NCBI GenBank assembly: GCA_027483385.1
Contig: JAIXUT010000030.1
Coordinates: 2,659 to 66,658 of the forward strand
DNA: 64,000 nucleotides
Source: Alphaproteobacteria bacterium
GTDB lineage: Bacteria; Pseudomonadota; Alphaproteobacteria; UBA2136; UBA6156
Direction of reading: 5' to 3'
Part shown: piece by piece, positions 36,291-46,314 of the stretch
How the letters are laid out: each line of letters opens with the position of its first letter
Position numbering within the stretch: position 1 is the first letter of the stretch
Made by a program: the position numbers and the translations under genes
Notes under the pieces: model-generated
Seen by the model: the letters and a program-made list of their open reading frames with translations, nothing else
Databases searched by the model: none
What the model was told of the DNA's origin: nothing

Positions 36291-38285
36291 TTAGCGTAAG
36301 GCTGGTTGTAGCGGTGCCAGCAGCAACAGGCAAGTGCCGGCCGTGCATTTGGCATCGAGTACCACCCCTGCTTGGCTGGCTTGTAATTCCTGCAACAGCG
36401 GGGCGGTATCCTGAATTTCAACCACCACCCACAGTTCGGGCACCTGCGCCAACAGGGGCGTGATCTGCACCGGGTTGTCGGTTTTAATGAAGGCATGGCC
36501 GCTGATGAGCCTTACTGAAGGCTTATGCAGGCCGTGGTGCACCACCACACTGCTGGGCGGCAGTTGGCCCAGCGTTTGCGCCACCCGCGCCAAGGGGCCC
36601 TGGGTATATTGCCACACCGTAGGCACCACGCCAAATACCACGCTGCCAAGCGCGAGGGCCCACACTGCCGCCAGCAGCGGCAGGCCACGCCGCCAGCCAC
36701 GCAGCACCATGACGAGCATCAATGTTGTGAGCAGCGTGGCAGACCCTGCGGCATAAAAGCCAAAATTTAAGCGTGTTGTTTGCTGCAAGATCGCCGTGGC
36801 CAGTTCGTCGCGCAGTGGCCAGGTAAAGCCTAACCAGCTTTGTAAGGTGGCGGGGAACCCACTGAGCGTGGGCCCTTGCAGCCCTTGTAATACTGGGGTG
36901 AGCACTAACAACAGCCCACCCAAAGCCACTCCCCACAGTAGCCATATTAACGCCACCACCACATTGCTACGCGACCGTACCGTACTGGCTTTCTGGCTGG
37001 CCAGCCAGCCGCCCACTAAAATGGCTAAAGCCGGGTATGCGGGCACAATGTATTTTTCTAGTTTAGTACCACTGAAGCTGAAAAACAAAATATAGCCAAA
37101 CGCCCAAATCAGCGCGAGTAATGGCAGAGCGACGTTTGGGTCGGGGCTGGCCAGGTTGGCCAGCAATTTGGGCCGCGTCTGGCGTTTCAATTGCGCCCAG
37201 CTGGCCGGAATAATAAACGCCACCCACGGGAAAAATCCCACCAGCAGTACCACCAGATAATAGCCGATAAAGCTGCTTTGGCTGTTGCCCAAATCGCCCC
37301 CAAAGCGTTGCAGGTTATGCACAAAGAAAAACTCGTAAAAGAACCCCATCCCGTGCTGCTGCACCAACAATATCAACCATGGTGTAAGCCCAAGGCCTAT
37401 CACTATCGCCACTTTAAACGGTGCCAGTACGCGCCACACCACTAGCTTTTCGGGGCGGACAAGCAGCAGGGTCAGCCCAACAATTCCAGCCGGCAGCCAA
37501 GCAATCGGCCCTTTGGCCAAAAAGGCCAACGTGCCAATTAAACCTGTGCCAATCCAGCCCCAGCGCTGCAAGGCCAAGCGCTGGGTGGCGGCCCGAATGC
37601 GCAGCGGCATGGCTTGGCCATCGGGCGCCAGGACACTGGGCGGAAACAGCAAGACCATAACCCAAAGTGTGAGCGCGAGACTAAAAAAATTAAGCAACCC
37701 ATCGGCGATGGCAGCCCGCCCAACGACCAAAAAACTGAGGTTGAGGCCCAGCACTGTCGCCGCCAGCAACCCCCAGCGCCGGTTGCCCGTGAGGTACCAA
37801 ACCCCAATCCCTAGCAGCAAAATACTGCCCAAAGCACCGATAATGCTTGGCAAGCGGGCCGCCAGCAGGCCCCAGCCAGTGGGCAAAAAGTCTGTGCCCA
37901 GCACCGCCACTGCGGCATTTTGCGCCCAGTAAATGAGGGGCGGCTTATGATAACGCGGTGTACCGTTATAGGTGGGCATGGCCAGGGCTTGGAGGCCGTA
38001 CTGGCCCTCGGCAGCACGCATTTCCATGGTTGCCTGGGTGAAAATGGCTTCATCCACATCAAACAGGCCGTAACTACGATGACCAAACCCATACAGCACC
38101 GTGCAGGCAAGTAGCAGCAAGCCCAGCCAGGCCCACCCCAAACGGCCCTGACGTCGCGCCTTAGGCGTAACAGCAGGGCTTAAGCCAGGGTTATTTGGCA
38201 GCGGTGTGGGCACGAATGGTGCGGCTCCATAAAACCATTGCCACCGCGCCGCCAACCGCCGCACCCGCCACCACATCCCCCACAT
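36291..38285 (-). CDS. GT39/GT83-family membrane glycosyltransferase (ArnT/PMT-like, polyprenol-P-sugar dependent)
   Basis: Polytopic protein. First-loop DEAIFTQATMEM (DE motif). 664 aa. The 5' end overlaps the PAP2 gene by about 95 nt, so the true start is probably downstream. Confidence 0.75.
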   Translation of the reverse strand: MWGMWWRVRRLAARWQWFYGAAPFVPTPLPNNPGLSPAVTPKARRQGRLGWAWLGLLLLACTVLYGFGHRSYGLFDVDEAIFTQATMEMRAAEGQYGLQALAMPTYNGTPRYHKPPLIYWAQNAAVAVLGTDFLPTGWGLLAARLPSIIGALGSILLLGIGVWYLTGNRRWGLLAATVLGLNLSFLVVGRAAIADGLLNFFSLALTLWVMVLLFPPSVLAPDGQAMPLRIRAATQRLALQRWGWIGTGLIGTLAFLAKGPIAWLPAGIVGLTLLLVRPEKLVVWRVLAPFKVAIVIGLGLTPWLILLVQQHGMGFFYEFFFVHNLQRFGGDLGNSQSSFIGYYLVVLLVGFFPWVAFIIPASWAQLKRQTRPKLLANLASPDPNVALPLLALIWAFGYILFFSFSGTKLEKYIVPAYPALAILVGGWLASQKASTVRSRSNVVVALIWLLWGVALGGLLLVLTPVLQGLQGPTLSGFPATLQSWLGFTWPLRDELATAILQQTTRLNFGFYAAGSATLLTTLMLVMVLRGWRRGLPLLAAVWALALGSVVFGVVPTVWQYTQGPLARVAQTLGQLPPSSVVVHHGLHKPSVRLISGHAFIKTDNPVQITPLLAQVPELWVVVEIQDTAPLLQELQASQAGVVLDAKCTAGTCLLLLAPLQPALR

Positions 38286-38952
38286 AATGGGGCGTGACAG
38301 CTAAAAACCGGCTGGTGCTTAACAGGCATGCACCTAATAACAACGGCACGCGCCAACGTGGCAGGCCCAAAGCCAACCACAGAAAAATTGCAAAGGTGCT
38401 GGCGCTATGGCCGCTGGGGAGGCTCCAGTAGCTGCTATCGAAGCCAAAAGGTTGTGGCAGGTTAGGGTCGGCGCCGTTCCAGAGCATTTCCTTGGGGCGT
38501 GGCCGCCCGATGATAATTTTGAGGATAATTTGCAAAATACCCGTGGCCGCCAATACGGGCAAGGCTGTGAGGCAAAGCTTGGTGATGTGTGGCTGCATCT
38601 GCCACCCGGCGTGCCAGGCAAACTTGCCGCGTAGCCATAACAATATCTGTTCGCCCGCCACCCGCAGCGCTTGCCACGCGCCCCATATCCCGCCGCGCCA
38701 CAACGCCGCCACCAGTGCAATAATAATTAACCCCCATACCTGCGTACGCCCCAGCGCCAGTTGGCTAAGGGCGCGCATGGTGGTGTTAAAGGTTTGGTTA
38801 TCGTTGGCGTAAAGCCATTGCTGCCAGGCAATATCGGTGCCACTGGCCCACAGCCACATGCCGGCCGCCAGGCCATAGATAAATACCAGCAAAGCATTGG
38901 TGGCGTTGATATGCATGTGGGTAACCCTACCCCAAAGCTGCAGCGAAACCAA
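38191..38952 (-). CDS. PAP2-family lipid phosphatase
   Basis: The three PAP2 motifs: KIIIGRPRP, PSGHS, SRFLAVTPHYVGDV. Confidence 0.8.
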   Translation of the reverse strand: MVSLQLWGRVTHMHINATNALLVFIYGLAAGMWLWASGTDIAWQQWLYANDNQTFNTTMRALSQLALGRTQVWGLIIIALVAALWRGGIWGAWQALRVAGEQILLWLRGKFAWHAGWQMQPHITKLCLTALPVLAATGILQIILKIIIGRPRPKEMLWNGADPNLPQPFGFDSSYWSLPSGHSASTFAIFLWLALGLPRWRVPLLLGACLLSTSRFLAVTPHYVGDVVAGAAVGGAVAMVLWSRTIRAHTAAK

Positions 38953-38955
38953 GAC

Positions 38956-38987
38956 GCCAAAAAAAGTCGCCCTCAGGCAGGGCGACT
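38956..38987 (-). terminator. rho-independent terminator downstream of the autotransporter gene
   Basis: On the minus strand, hairpin agtcgccctgcctgagggcgact followed by ttttttt. Confidence 0.5.
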
Positions 38988-39008
38988 TTCAAGGCTTAAC
39001 CCACAGGC

Positions 39009-42000
39009 CTAGAACGGCACCCGCATGGTAAAGGTTCCTTGGTGGCTTTGCTGGGTGGCGCGGGTTTCCAGCGCGTAATCCAGGTCCAGCTTCACGCCCA
39101 GGTCGCCCATGAAGGTGAGCCCAAGCTCATTGGACCAGCTGCTGGCGTCGGCTTCAATCCCCTGGCTGCTGAAGGTGCTGCCAGGGTTGCCAAGGAAGGC
39201 GCTTTGTGTGGTCAGGCCTAAGTCGCCAAAGGCATGACGGTAGCGGCTGCGCAAGCGTGGTTGCAGGGTGCTGCCGTTCTGAAGCTCAAACGATTTGCTC
39301 AGCATCACACCCGCGCTGGTATCCCAGACAAACACATCTTGGCCATTCACCACGTTGGCAGCGGGGCCAGCTTCGGTGTAGTCGGGCAACCACAGCTGGT
39401 TGGCACTGAGGCCGACGATTGGCATCACGGTGAGGCCAAGCTGGTTCTGGAATACGGGGTGACCTGCTTCCACATTTGCTTGGGCTTGCCAGGCGCGGAA
39501 GTCGCCTTCGGTGGCCGTGCCAAAGCCTGCCACGGTGCGGGTCGTCTGGTAGCGGCTGCGGCCACCAGCCAACTGGCCACTTAAGTAACCACCCTGGCCC
39601 CAGGCTTCATCGCCGTAAACGGTCAGCAGTTGGCTGTTCACGTCGGTCACGGCATTGGTGCCCTTGGCGTTGGTGCGGCCTTGGCCAAGGCTTAAAGCGG
39701 CACCCACAGTTGGGCCAAAGGCTTGGGTATCGGCACCTACAGTTAAGGCATAGCCGTTGTTGGTGAAGCCTTCCAGGCCATCTTTCATCCCTTGGTTGCT
39801 GCTGGCAGCGCTGGTGCGGAGCCAGAAGGTGCCATCTTGGACCATATCACCCGTGCCAACCCCCATAAAGGCGGCAGGCATGCTGCCCGAAACTGGGCCA
39901 GCGGCAGGGGCAATCGCGTTAAAGCGTAAAGCAGTCATGCGGCTTTGCACATTACTTGCCACTTGGTTGTTAAGCTGGATGCTGGTCTGGACACCGCTCA
40001 GGTTGCTGGCAGGCGTCAGCGTTTCCAAAATTTCCTGCTGTTGGGCAGGCGTTGTGGCAGCGGCCAACAATAACTGCACTTGGCCCAAGGTGGTATTACT
40101 TGGTTGGGCTGGCAGCGCACTGAAGAACTGGCTAACCCCTTGTACGCCCGCGTTCAGTGGTGTCGTGTTGCTTGGCGTGGTGCGGTTAAACACCAAGGTT
40201 AAGCTGCCACCCGCGTTTTGCAGCACCAGGTTGTAAACCCCGAACGTGCTGGAAGTAAGCGTTGGCAAGGTAGAACTGGCGCCAAAGCCTTGGGCCAGCA
40301 CCACACTGGTACCGCTGGTCAGGCCAGTTAGGCCGGTGAAATCGAAGTTAAAGGCACTGCTGCCCAACCAGCTGTTGTTCACCACCAGGCGTGGGGAAGC
40401 GAGAACGCTATCCAGTGCGTAGTCGATGAGCGTGCTGCTGGTCGTGAAGCTGTTGGTGGTTAACAGGCCGCCTGCGCGGAGGTTAAGCCCGCCTAACACT
40501 GTGGTGGCGCTGGCAGTGACGTTGCCATCGACTTGCAGCAATCCGCCGCTGTTCACAGTCAGGCTATCCAGCCCACTGCTGGTGCCGCCAAGGCGCAGAG
40601 TCGAACCATTGTTCACGGCCACGGTTTCTACACCCGTGATGCCACCTGTCAGGTTGTTCAGGCTGCTGTTGGCGAAGGTGACCAAGTCGGTACCGAGGCC
40701 GCCAGCCAGAGTTCCTGCCAGGCTGCTACCGCTGCCAATGAACAGATTATCGTTGCCGCTGCCCAGGCTGGCACCCTGCGTCAGGGCGCTGCCAAGCGCG
40801 GTGATGGTGTCGTTGCCGTTCCCAGTCGTCAGCGCGCCGTTCATCGTCACATTGCTGAGGCTTACCGTGTTACCACCGTTACCACTTGTGAGAGAGCCCA
40901 TGGTCACGTCGGTCAGGCTGATGGCGTTCAGGCCATTGCCAAAATTGAGGTTACCGGCCAGCCCACCGCTTTGGCGGTAACTGGTGTTGGCGTTGCCCGA
41001 AGTTACGTTGCCCACACTGGTGCTGGTCAGGCGGAAAAGGTTGGCGCCATTGCCAGCCGTGATATTCCCCAAGTTTGCCAATGTGCTGCTGAGGGTGGTG
41101 GTACCACTGCCCAACGCCACGCTCGAAAGGGTGGTGCTGGTCAGAGCCAGGTTCCAGTTCCCGCCCGCCAGCGTGAGGCCGCCGGTGTTGGTCACGTTAT
41201 TCAGTGTGGCAGTCCCGCTCGCTGCACCAAAATTGATAGCGCCTGTGATGACTTGCGTCAGCGTCACGGCGTTGGTGCCCGTGCCCGAAGTAATCAGCCC
41301 ACCCAACGTGGCGTTGGTGGCCAGAATGGTGTTGTTGCCGGTACCGAGGTCCAGAGTATCGGCCGTACCATTGACAACCGTGGCGCTGTCGGCGCCGCTG
41401 CCCAGCGTGATAGCGCCAGTCTGGGTTGAACCGCTGATGAACAGGCTGTTGGTACCATCGCCCAGAGCAATTATGCCATTCAGTACACCACCAGTGAGGC
41501 TTACAATATCGTTGCCAGAAGTGGCGCTTACACTGCCTGTTACCACTCCCCCACTTTGAAAGAAGCTGTTGTTGCCGCTACCAAGATTAAATGCGCTGTT
41601 GGCGGTGCCCGTAATAATGTTGACGATACCGTTGCCAGTCCCCAGCGTCACACTTCCACTTAAGTTTCCACCATTAATGGTAACTATATTATTGCCATCA
41701 CCAAGGTTCATGGCACCAGTTAAAGTTCCGCCAGTCAGGCTTACCACATCAGCACCACCTAAGGCTGTCAGGTTACCATTTACCAACCCACCAGTCTGGA
41801 AGAAGTTGTTGTTGCCAGCGCCCAGGTTCATGGTGCTGGTCACGGTACCTGCGGCCACGTTCAGGGTATCGTTGCCCGTGCCCGTGGTGATGCTACCGCT
41901 GACGTTCGTCCCACTGACAAACACGCTGTTGGTGCCATCGCCCAGGGCGATTGGCCCAAATAGGTTGCCACCCGTCAGGCTTACGGTGTCGTTGCCTGCG

Positions 42001-43037
42001 AGGGCGTTGATATTCACAGTCGCACTGCCGCCGCTTTGGAAATAGAAGTTGTTGCCAGCATCAAGGTTATAGGTAGCGCTGGCAGTGCCGCCCGTCATGA
42101 TGACAGTATCGGTCACGGTATTGCCCACCACGGTACCGCTCAAGCTACCGTTGCGAAGGATGACGGTATCGCTACCGCCACCCATGGTCAGTGTGCCAAC
42201 CACGTTACTTCCCGAAATATCGACAGTATCATCGGCGTTACCACCGGTATAGTTATTACTAAAGTGCGAGCCATACAGGTTAAAAATGTTGGTGCCGGTA
42301 CCTAAGTTTACAGTGTTATTCAACAATCCACCATTCAAGGTTACTGTATCGTTGCCCGTACCACCTGTTAGGGCACCGCTCAGGGTACCAGCAGTTACTT
42401 GAAGGTTATTTACACCATCACCAAGCGCCACAGCCCCGGTAATATTTCCAGCCGTCACACTCACGTTATCGTTGCCAACACCCAGCGTCAGCCCACCCGT
42501 GAGTTGCCCACCAAGCTGCTGGTAGGTGTTGTTGCCCGCGCCAAGGTTAATTGTCCCCGTGACTGCACCAGCTTGCATGTGGAAGGTATCGGCACCCGCA
42601 CCTAAATTCACGCTCCCGCTGATATTGCCCGAGTTTCGTACCGTCCAGCCGTTGGTGACGTTGCTGGCCGAGATTGCCGCCCCGCTGTTAGAAATCAGTT
42701 GAATGCTGCCTGAGTTGTTAATCACGGCACCGGAAACGGTGGTCGGGAAGGCGGCAATCGCGCTGCTGGTCCCGCGCACAATGCCCCCTGTATTAATGGT
42801 CAGTGTGTTGCTGGTGGTCGAGCTGACACTGTTCATCCAAAATGCATCCCCGCCAGTGACCGAAATTGAGGCACTGTTAGAAACAATAATCGGCCCCGTG
42901 TTGCTGGCAGTAAAGGTGGGCGTGACCGCGTTCCCTAAAATTGTTTGTGCGCCTGCAGTGGCACTTAAGCCCATAACTGCAAGGGAAACCAGCCAGCTGG
43001 TGGTATAAGCATGCGGAAGAGAAAAAAGAGTTTTCAT
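39009..43037 (-). CDS. autotransporter (type Va) with a long beta-helical passenger of about 40 Gly/Asn/Thr-rich repeats and a C-terminal beta-barrel
   Basis: Signal peptide MKTLFSLPHAYTTSWLVSLAVMGLSATAGA. Repeats of the form LGxGNDTVxLTGG (PATR-like). C-terminal roughly 300 aa has alternating beta-strand pattern and ends ...TFTMRVPF with a terminal aromatic. Confidence 0.85.
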   Translation of the reverse strand: MKTLFSLPHAYTTSWLVSLAVMGLSATAGAQTILGNAVTPTFTASNTGPIIVSNSASISVTGGDAFWMNSVSSTTSNTLTINTGGIVRGTSSAIAAFPTTVSGAVINNSGSIQLISNSGAAISASNVTNGWTVRNSGNISGSVNLGAGADTFHMQAGAVTGTINLGAGNNTYQQLGGQLTGGLTLGVGNDNVSVTAGNITGAVALGDGVNNLQVTAGTLSGALTGGTGNDTVTLNGGLLNNTVNLGTGTNIFNLYGSHFSNNYTGGNADDTVDISGSNVVGTLTMGGGSDTVILRNGSLSGTVVGNTVTDTVIMTGGTASATYNLDAGNNFYFQSGGSATVNINALAGNDTVSLTGGNLFGPIALGDGTNSVFVSGTNVSGSITTGTGNDTLNVAAGTVTSTMNLGAGNNNFFQTGGLVNGNLTALGGADVVSLTGGTLTGAMNLGDGNNIVTINGGNLSGSVTLGTGNGIVNIITGTANSAFNLGSGNNSFFQSGGVVTGSVSATSGNDIVSLTGGVLNGIIALGDGTNSLFISGSTQTGAITLGSGADSATVVNGTADTLDLGTGNNTILATNATLGGLITSGTGTNAVTLTQVITGAINFGAASGTATLNNVTNTGGLTLAGGNWNLALTSTTLSSVALGSGTTTLSSTLANLGNITAGNGANLFRLTSTSVGNVTSGNANTSYRQSGGLAGNLNFGNGLNAISLTDVTMGSLTSGNGGNTVSLSNVTMNGALTTGNGNDTITALGSALTQGASLGSGNDNLFIGSGSSLAGTLAGGLGTDLVTFANSSLNNLTGGITGVETVAVNNGSTLRLGGTSSGLDSLTVNSGGLLQVDGNVTASATTVLGGLNLRAGGLLTTNSFTTSSTLIDYALDSVLASPRLVVNNSWLGSSAFNFDFTGLTGLTSGTSVVLAQGFGASSTLPTLTSSTFGVYNLVLQNAGGSLTLVFNRTTPSNTTPLNAGVQGVSQFFSALPAQPSNTTLGQVQLLLAAATTPAQQQEILETLTPASNLSGVQTSIQLNNQVASNVQSRMTALRFNAIAPAAGPVSGSMPAAFMGVGTGDMVQDGTFWLRTSAASSNQGMKDGLEGFTNNGYALTVGADTQAFGPTVGAALSLGQGRTNAKGTNAVTDVNSQLLTVYGDEAWGQGGYLSGQLAGGRSRYQTTRTVAGFGTATEGDFRAWQAQANVEAGHPVFQNQLGLTVMPIVGLSANQLWLPDYTEAGPAANVVNGQDVFVWDTSAGVMLSKSFELQNGSTLQPRLRSRYRHAFGDLGLTTQSAFLGNPGSTFSSQGIEADASSWSNELGLTFMGDLGVKLDLDYALETRATQQSHQGTFTMRVPF

Positions 43038-43223
43038 AGCGGCACAATAGATGAATCATTTTGGCTGTGTAACCGTATGATGAATTTTTTATCACTTGTT
43101 TTGCGTGCACGAAACGATTGTGGCCTTAATGCCTCAGGTGCTGCATCGGTCGGCATGCATTGCGGGCCGATTGCCATTTCGTGCAGCAACCAGTCTGGCA
43201 AAAGGTGAATTGACCAGCGTAGC

Positions 43224-43631
43224 TTGCAGCCAATGACGCATGTAACTTCCCATCCCGCCACCATGGCCCGAGTGCCTGAAACTATGTTGACTTTGGCGTT
43301 AACTTTGCACAGCCAGACAGGGAACCAGGGCTTGGCGCTGGCCTTGCCGAAAGCCGAATGGCTGGGCCTTGTTTCCAACTTTACCCGGATGCCGCCGCTG
43401 GAACGCACCCGTGTGGGCCACAGCATTCAGGCCGCCACTGCGCAAAATCCGTTCCCCGTCGATGGGAGCCCCCTGACCCCAGCCCAGCAACAGGTGTGCG
43501 ATACCTTTATCAGTGACTGCATGTTGCTGGCAGCCTTGGCCGAAGCCACCAGCGCGCGGGTGCTGCAAGGCACAACTGTAGCCAGTTACCAGCTGCAGCA
43601 TGGCAATGCAGTGAAGGCGCAGCTGAACTAG
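43224..43631 (+). CDS. hypothetical protein (135 aa)
   Basis: ORF track only. Followed by a co-directional gene 4 nt downstream. The antisense ORFs look like reverse-frame artefacts. Confidence 0.35.
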   Translation: MQPMTHVTSHPATMARVPETMLTLALTLHSQTGNQGLALALPKAEWLGLVSNFTRMPPLERTRVGHSIQAATAQNPFPVDGSPLTPAQQQVCDTFISDCMLLAALAEATSARVLQGTTVASYQLQHGNAVKAQLN

Positions 43632-43634
43632 CGC

Positions 43635-44216
43635 ATGCTGGGCGAATATCTGCACGGCCTGTTGCAACCCTGGCGGCGCGTCAGTCGCATGGAATTTGTG
43701 GTGGCGCTTTCAGTACTTTCATTGCCAGGCTTATTGATGTTGGTAACGGGTGTGGCGGGTTCGGGCGTTGGTTTTTTAGCCCCGCTGATGAACTTAAAAA
43801 CGCAGCTTGGCGCTGCACAGACCGCCGACCCCGCCGCCCTGACCGCGATGCTGGGCCAGCTACAAGCGCCTGTAGCGGCAACCAGTACAACGGTGGCCCC
43901 ATTCAATATGGCAGGCCTGGTGAATGGGCTTTGCTTGTTGCTGCTTACACCTTACATCCGTGGCCGCTTGCTGGATATGGGCTATGCCGCTGCCACGGCG
44001 GCCATTGTGGCGTGGGTGCTTCAGGTTTCGGTGCTTCACGACACCTTCACCGCACTGACCGATTTCAAATTTTTACCTATGGCCTGGCTGTTCAGCTTTG
44101 CCACAATGCTGGGGTACTTTTGGCTGACCTTACGGGGCAGCCAGAGCAAAAAACCCGTGCATGAACGCCTTTTTAAGGCTACACCAGCGGCCAATGACGA
44201 TTTTCCCAAATTCTAG
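43635..44216 (+). CDS. DUF805 (YhaH-like) inner-membrane protein
   Basis: The N-terminus WRRVSRMEFVVALSV and later RGRLLDMGYAAA fit the DUF805 pattern. 3-4 TM helices. Confidence 0.5.
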   Translation: MLGEYLHGLLQPWRRVSRMEFVVALSVLSLPGLLMLVTGVAGSGVGFLAPLMNLKTQLGAAQTADPAALTAMLGQLQAPVAATSTTVAPFNMAGLVNGLCLLLLTPYIRGRLLDMGYAAATAAIVAWVLQVSVLHDTFTALTDFKFLPMAWLFSFATMLGYFWLTLRGSQSKKPVHERLFKATPAANDDFPKF

Positions 44217-44964
44217 CTCCACCCCGGCCGATACGGCCAAAAACCCGCTGGCGGGGGTGTGCATTTGCGTCGATGGCCCCACCGCCAGCGGCAAGGGCAC
44301 GCTGGCCAAGGCGTTGGCGCGGCGCTGGCGTTTAAAATTTCTCGATACCGGCACGCTGTACCGCGCGGCCGCCTGGCAACTGCTGCAGCGCGGCAACAGC
44401 CCCACCGATGGCGCTGCCGCCCTGGCGGCCGCCGAATATCTGGCCCAGCCGCAGGTGTTCGATTTCAAACACCTCGGCAACAACGAATTTGGCGCCAGTG
44501 TGGCCGGTCAGCCCATCGGGGCCGAATTGCGCAGCCTAGAAGTAGGGCAGGCCGCCAGTGTAGTGGCGGTGCAGCTGCCTGTGCGGGCGGCCTTGCTTAA
44601 GCTGCAGCAGGAATTTGTGCAGCACTGGCAGCCGTTGGTTGGGGTGGTGCTGGATGGTCGCGACACGGGCGCCCGCATTGCGCCCGCCGCCCAAGTGAAG
44701 TTGTTTTTAACCGCCGAGGTGGCCGAACGCGGCCGCCGCCGCTGGCTGGAGGCCACCGCGCAAGGCCAAGGTGCCCCGCTGGCCGACGTGATTGCCCAAG
44801 TGGCCGCCCGCGATGCCCGGGACGCGGCCAACTTGCTGCAAACTGCCGATGCGGTGGTGCTGGATGGCACATATGCCAGCGCCGCCGCCGTATTGCAGCA
44901 GGCCATTGCGGCAGTAGAAGAAAAACTCGGGCGGCCCGTGCCGCCAGCTCCTGCCAGTCATTAA
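44191..44964 (+). CDS. cmk: cytidylate kinase
   Basis: P-loop ICVDGPTASGKGTLAKALA. Not followed by rpsA in this window. Confidence 0.85.
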   Translation, partial: PMTIFPNSSSTPADTAKNPLAGVCICVDGPTASGKGTLAKALARRWRLKFLDTGTLYRAAAWQLLQRGNSPTDGAAALAAAEYLAQPQVFDFKHLGNNEFGASVAGQPIGAELRSLEVGQAASVVAVQLPVRAALLKLQQEFVQHWQPLVGVVLDGRDTGARIAPAAQVKLFLTAEVAERGRRRWLEATAQGQGAPLADVIAQVAARDARDAANLLQTADAVVLDGTYASAAAVLQQAIAAVEEKLGRPVPPAPASH

Positions 44965-44985
44965 ACCAAACAGAGGCGGCGCGGC

Positions 44986-45366
44986 TTACCCGCCGTAATA
45001 GCCCGCCAGACGTTTGAAGATTCCATTTTCGGCCGCATTTTCGCGCTCGGCATAGGCGCCTAACCGTATTGCGCGGTAGGGTTCTTTGCTGGGCGCATTG
45101 GGCATGGCGGTGGCGTAGTGCTGGCCACTAAAATGGCCACCAGCGCCACTGCGGCCACCAGAATGGGCTGTTGCGGTGCCTGCGCCTTGGGTGAGGGCCG
45201 TGACGCCCCATTGCACCGCGCCAAACCAAGCGGCAGGGTCGCCCGCGCTAGCTTCCAGGCGGGGCAGGGTGGGGAAGTACTTGCCGCGCTCCAGCAGCCC
45301 TGTGCCCTCGGCCACGTAAAACAGCGCGAGGCCTATGACGGCCCAGTTGGTGAGGCGGAATATCAT
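44986..45366 (-). CDS. hypothetical small membrane/secreted protein
   Basis: RBS aggagcc. N-terminal hydrophobic helix WAVIGLALFYVAEG. Confidence 0.4.
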   Translation of the reverse strand: MIFRLTNWAVIGLALFYVAEGTGLLERGKYFPTLPRLEASAGDPAAWFGAVQWGVTALTQGAGTATAHSGGRSGAGGHFSGQHYATAMPNAPSKEPYRAIRLGAYAERENAAENGIFKRLAGYYGG

Positions 45367-45552
45367 TGTGTTGTTTGGCTCCTGCGCCTTTTTATGGCCT
45401 TGGGGCTCTGCGTAGCTGACGCCTTGTTCCTGACAGGGGGACCCCGCGCCCTGCAAATTCTCATTGACAGCTGCCCAAGAAACTGGCTAGAAGCCCTTTA
45501 TATGCAAGCACCTGTGGCACAAGCTACGGTTAAATAATTGAAAGAGAACGAC

Positions 45553-45864
45553 ATGTACGCCATTGTCAAGCACGGCGGCCACCAGTTGAAGGTGACCAAA
45601 GGCACGAAATTAACCGTCAACCGCTTGGAAGGCGAGATTGGCAGCACGCTGGAGTTAAGCGATGTGCTGCTGCTGAACGACGGCACCACCACCACCGTGG
45701 GCAGCCCCACCGTGAAGGGTGCCAAGGTTTCGGCCAAAATTCTGGGTCACAGCCAGGGCGATAAAGTGATTATCTTCAAAAAGCGCCGTCGCCAGAACAG
45801 CCGCCGCAAAAACGGCTTCCGCGCGGCACTGACCACGCTGGAAGTGACAGGCGTCAGCAAGTAG
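45553..45864 (+). CDS. rplU: 50S ribosomal protein L21
   Basis: MYAIVKHGGHQLKV. Confidence 0.95.
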   Translation: MYAIVKHGGHQLKVTKGTKLTVNRLEGEIGSTLELSDVLLLNDGTTTTVGSPTVKGAKVSAKILGHSQGDKVIIFKKRRRQNSRRKNGFRAALTTLEVTGVSK

Positions 45865-45896
45865 TTCACGAAATTTATTAAGGAAAGCATCGTACC

Positions 45897-46151
45897 ATGG
45901 CCCATAAAAAAGCAGGCGGGAGCAGCCGCAACGGACGCGACAGCGCAGGGAAGCGGTTGGGTGTGAAGCTGTTTGGCGGTCAGGCCGCCATTGCGGGCAA
46001 CGTGATTATCCGCCAACGCGGCAGCGCGTACAACGCGGGCAGCAACGTGGGCATGGGCCGCGACCACACCCTGTTCGCGCTGGCCGATGGCAAGGTAACC
46101 TTCACCACCGGCTACAAAAACCGCCGTTATGTGCATGTGTTGCCTGCGTAA
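45897..46151 (+). CDS. rpmA: 50S ribosomal protein L27
   Basis: [16 protein letters not shown]... Confidence 0.95.
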   Translation: MAHKKAGGSSRNGRDSAGKRLGVKLFGGQAAIAGNVIIRQRGSAYNAGSNVGMGRDHTLFALADGKVTFTTGYKNRRYVHVLPA

Positions 46152-46170
46152 GGCTTAAACCAAGCGTTAT

Positions 46171-46195
46171 GCCGCCCGAAAGGGCGGTTTTTTTT
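46171..46195 (+). terminator. rho-independent terminator after rpmA
   Basis: gccgcccgaaagggcgg followed by tttttttt. Confidence 0.6.
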
Positions 46196-46314
46196 AGGTA
46201 ATGATTGACACTCTTATAAATCTATGAAATGTATGCACTACACGGTGACGGGCCTGATATTGAGGTGGCGTCGCCACCATCCCGTTTTACCGGGCCGCCT
46301 GAAAGGAGGCGACC

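Noticed and set aside
40426-42305. Series of long plus-strand ORFs (e.g. 40533..41429, 40984..41559, 41569..42045) opposite the autotransporter gene
   Set aside because: These are antisense to a clearly coding, highly repetitive GC-rich gene. Their translations are low-complexity (PLP/VPS-rich) and there are no RBSs. They are reverse-frame artefacts.
39009-43037. Possible CRISPR-like periodicity from the repeats
   Set aside because: The repeats are imperfect, lie within a single long ORF, encode an amino-acid repeat, and have no unique spacers or cas genes.
43034-43667. Minus-strand ORFs 43034..43426 and 43299..43667
   Set aside because: The first overlaps the autotransporter start and promoter. 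The second is antisense to the two co-directional plus-strand ORFs and has a reverse-frame composition.
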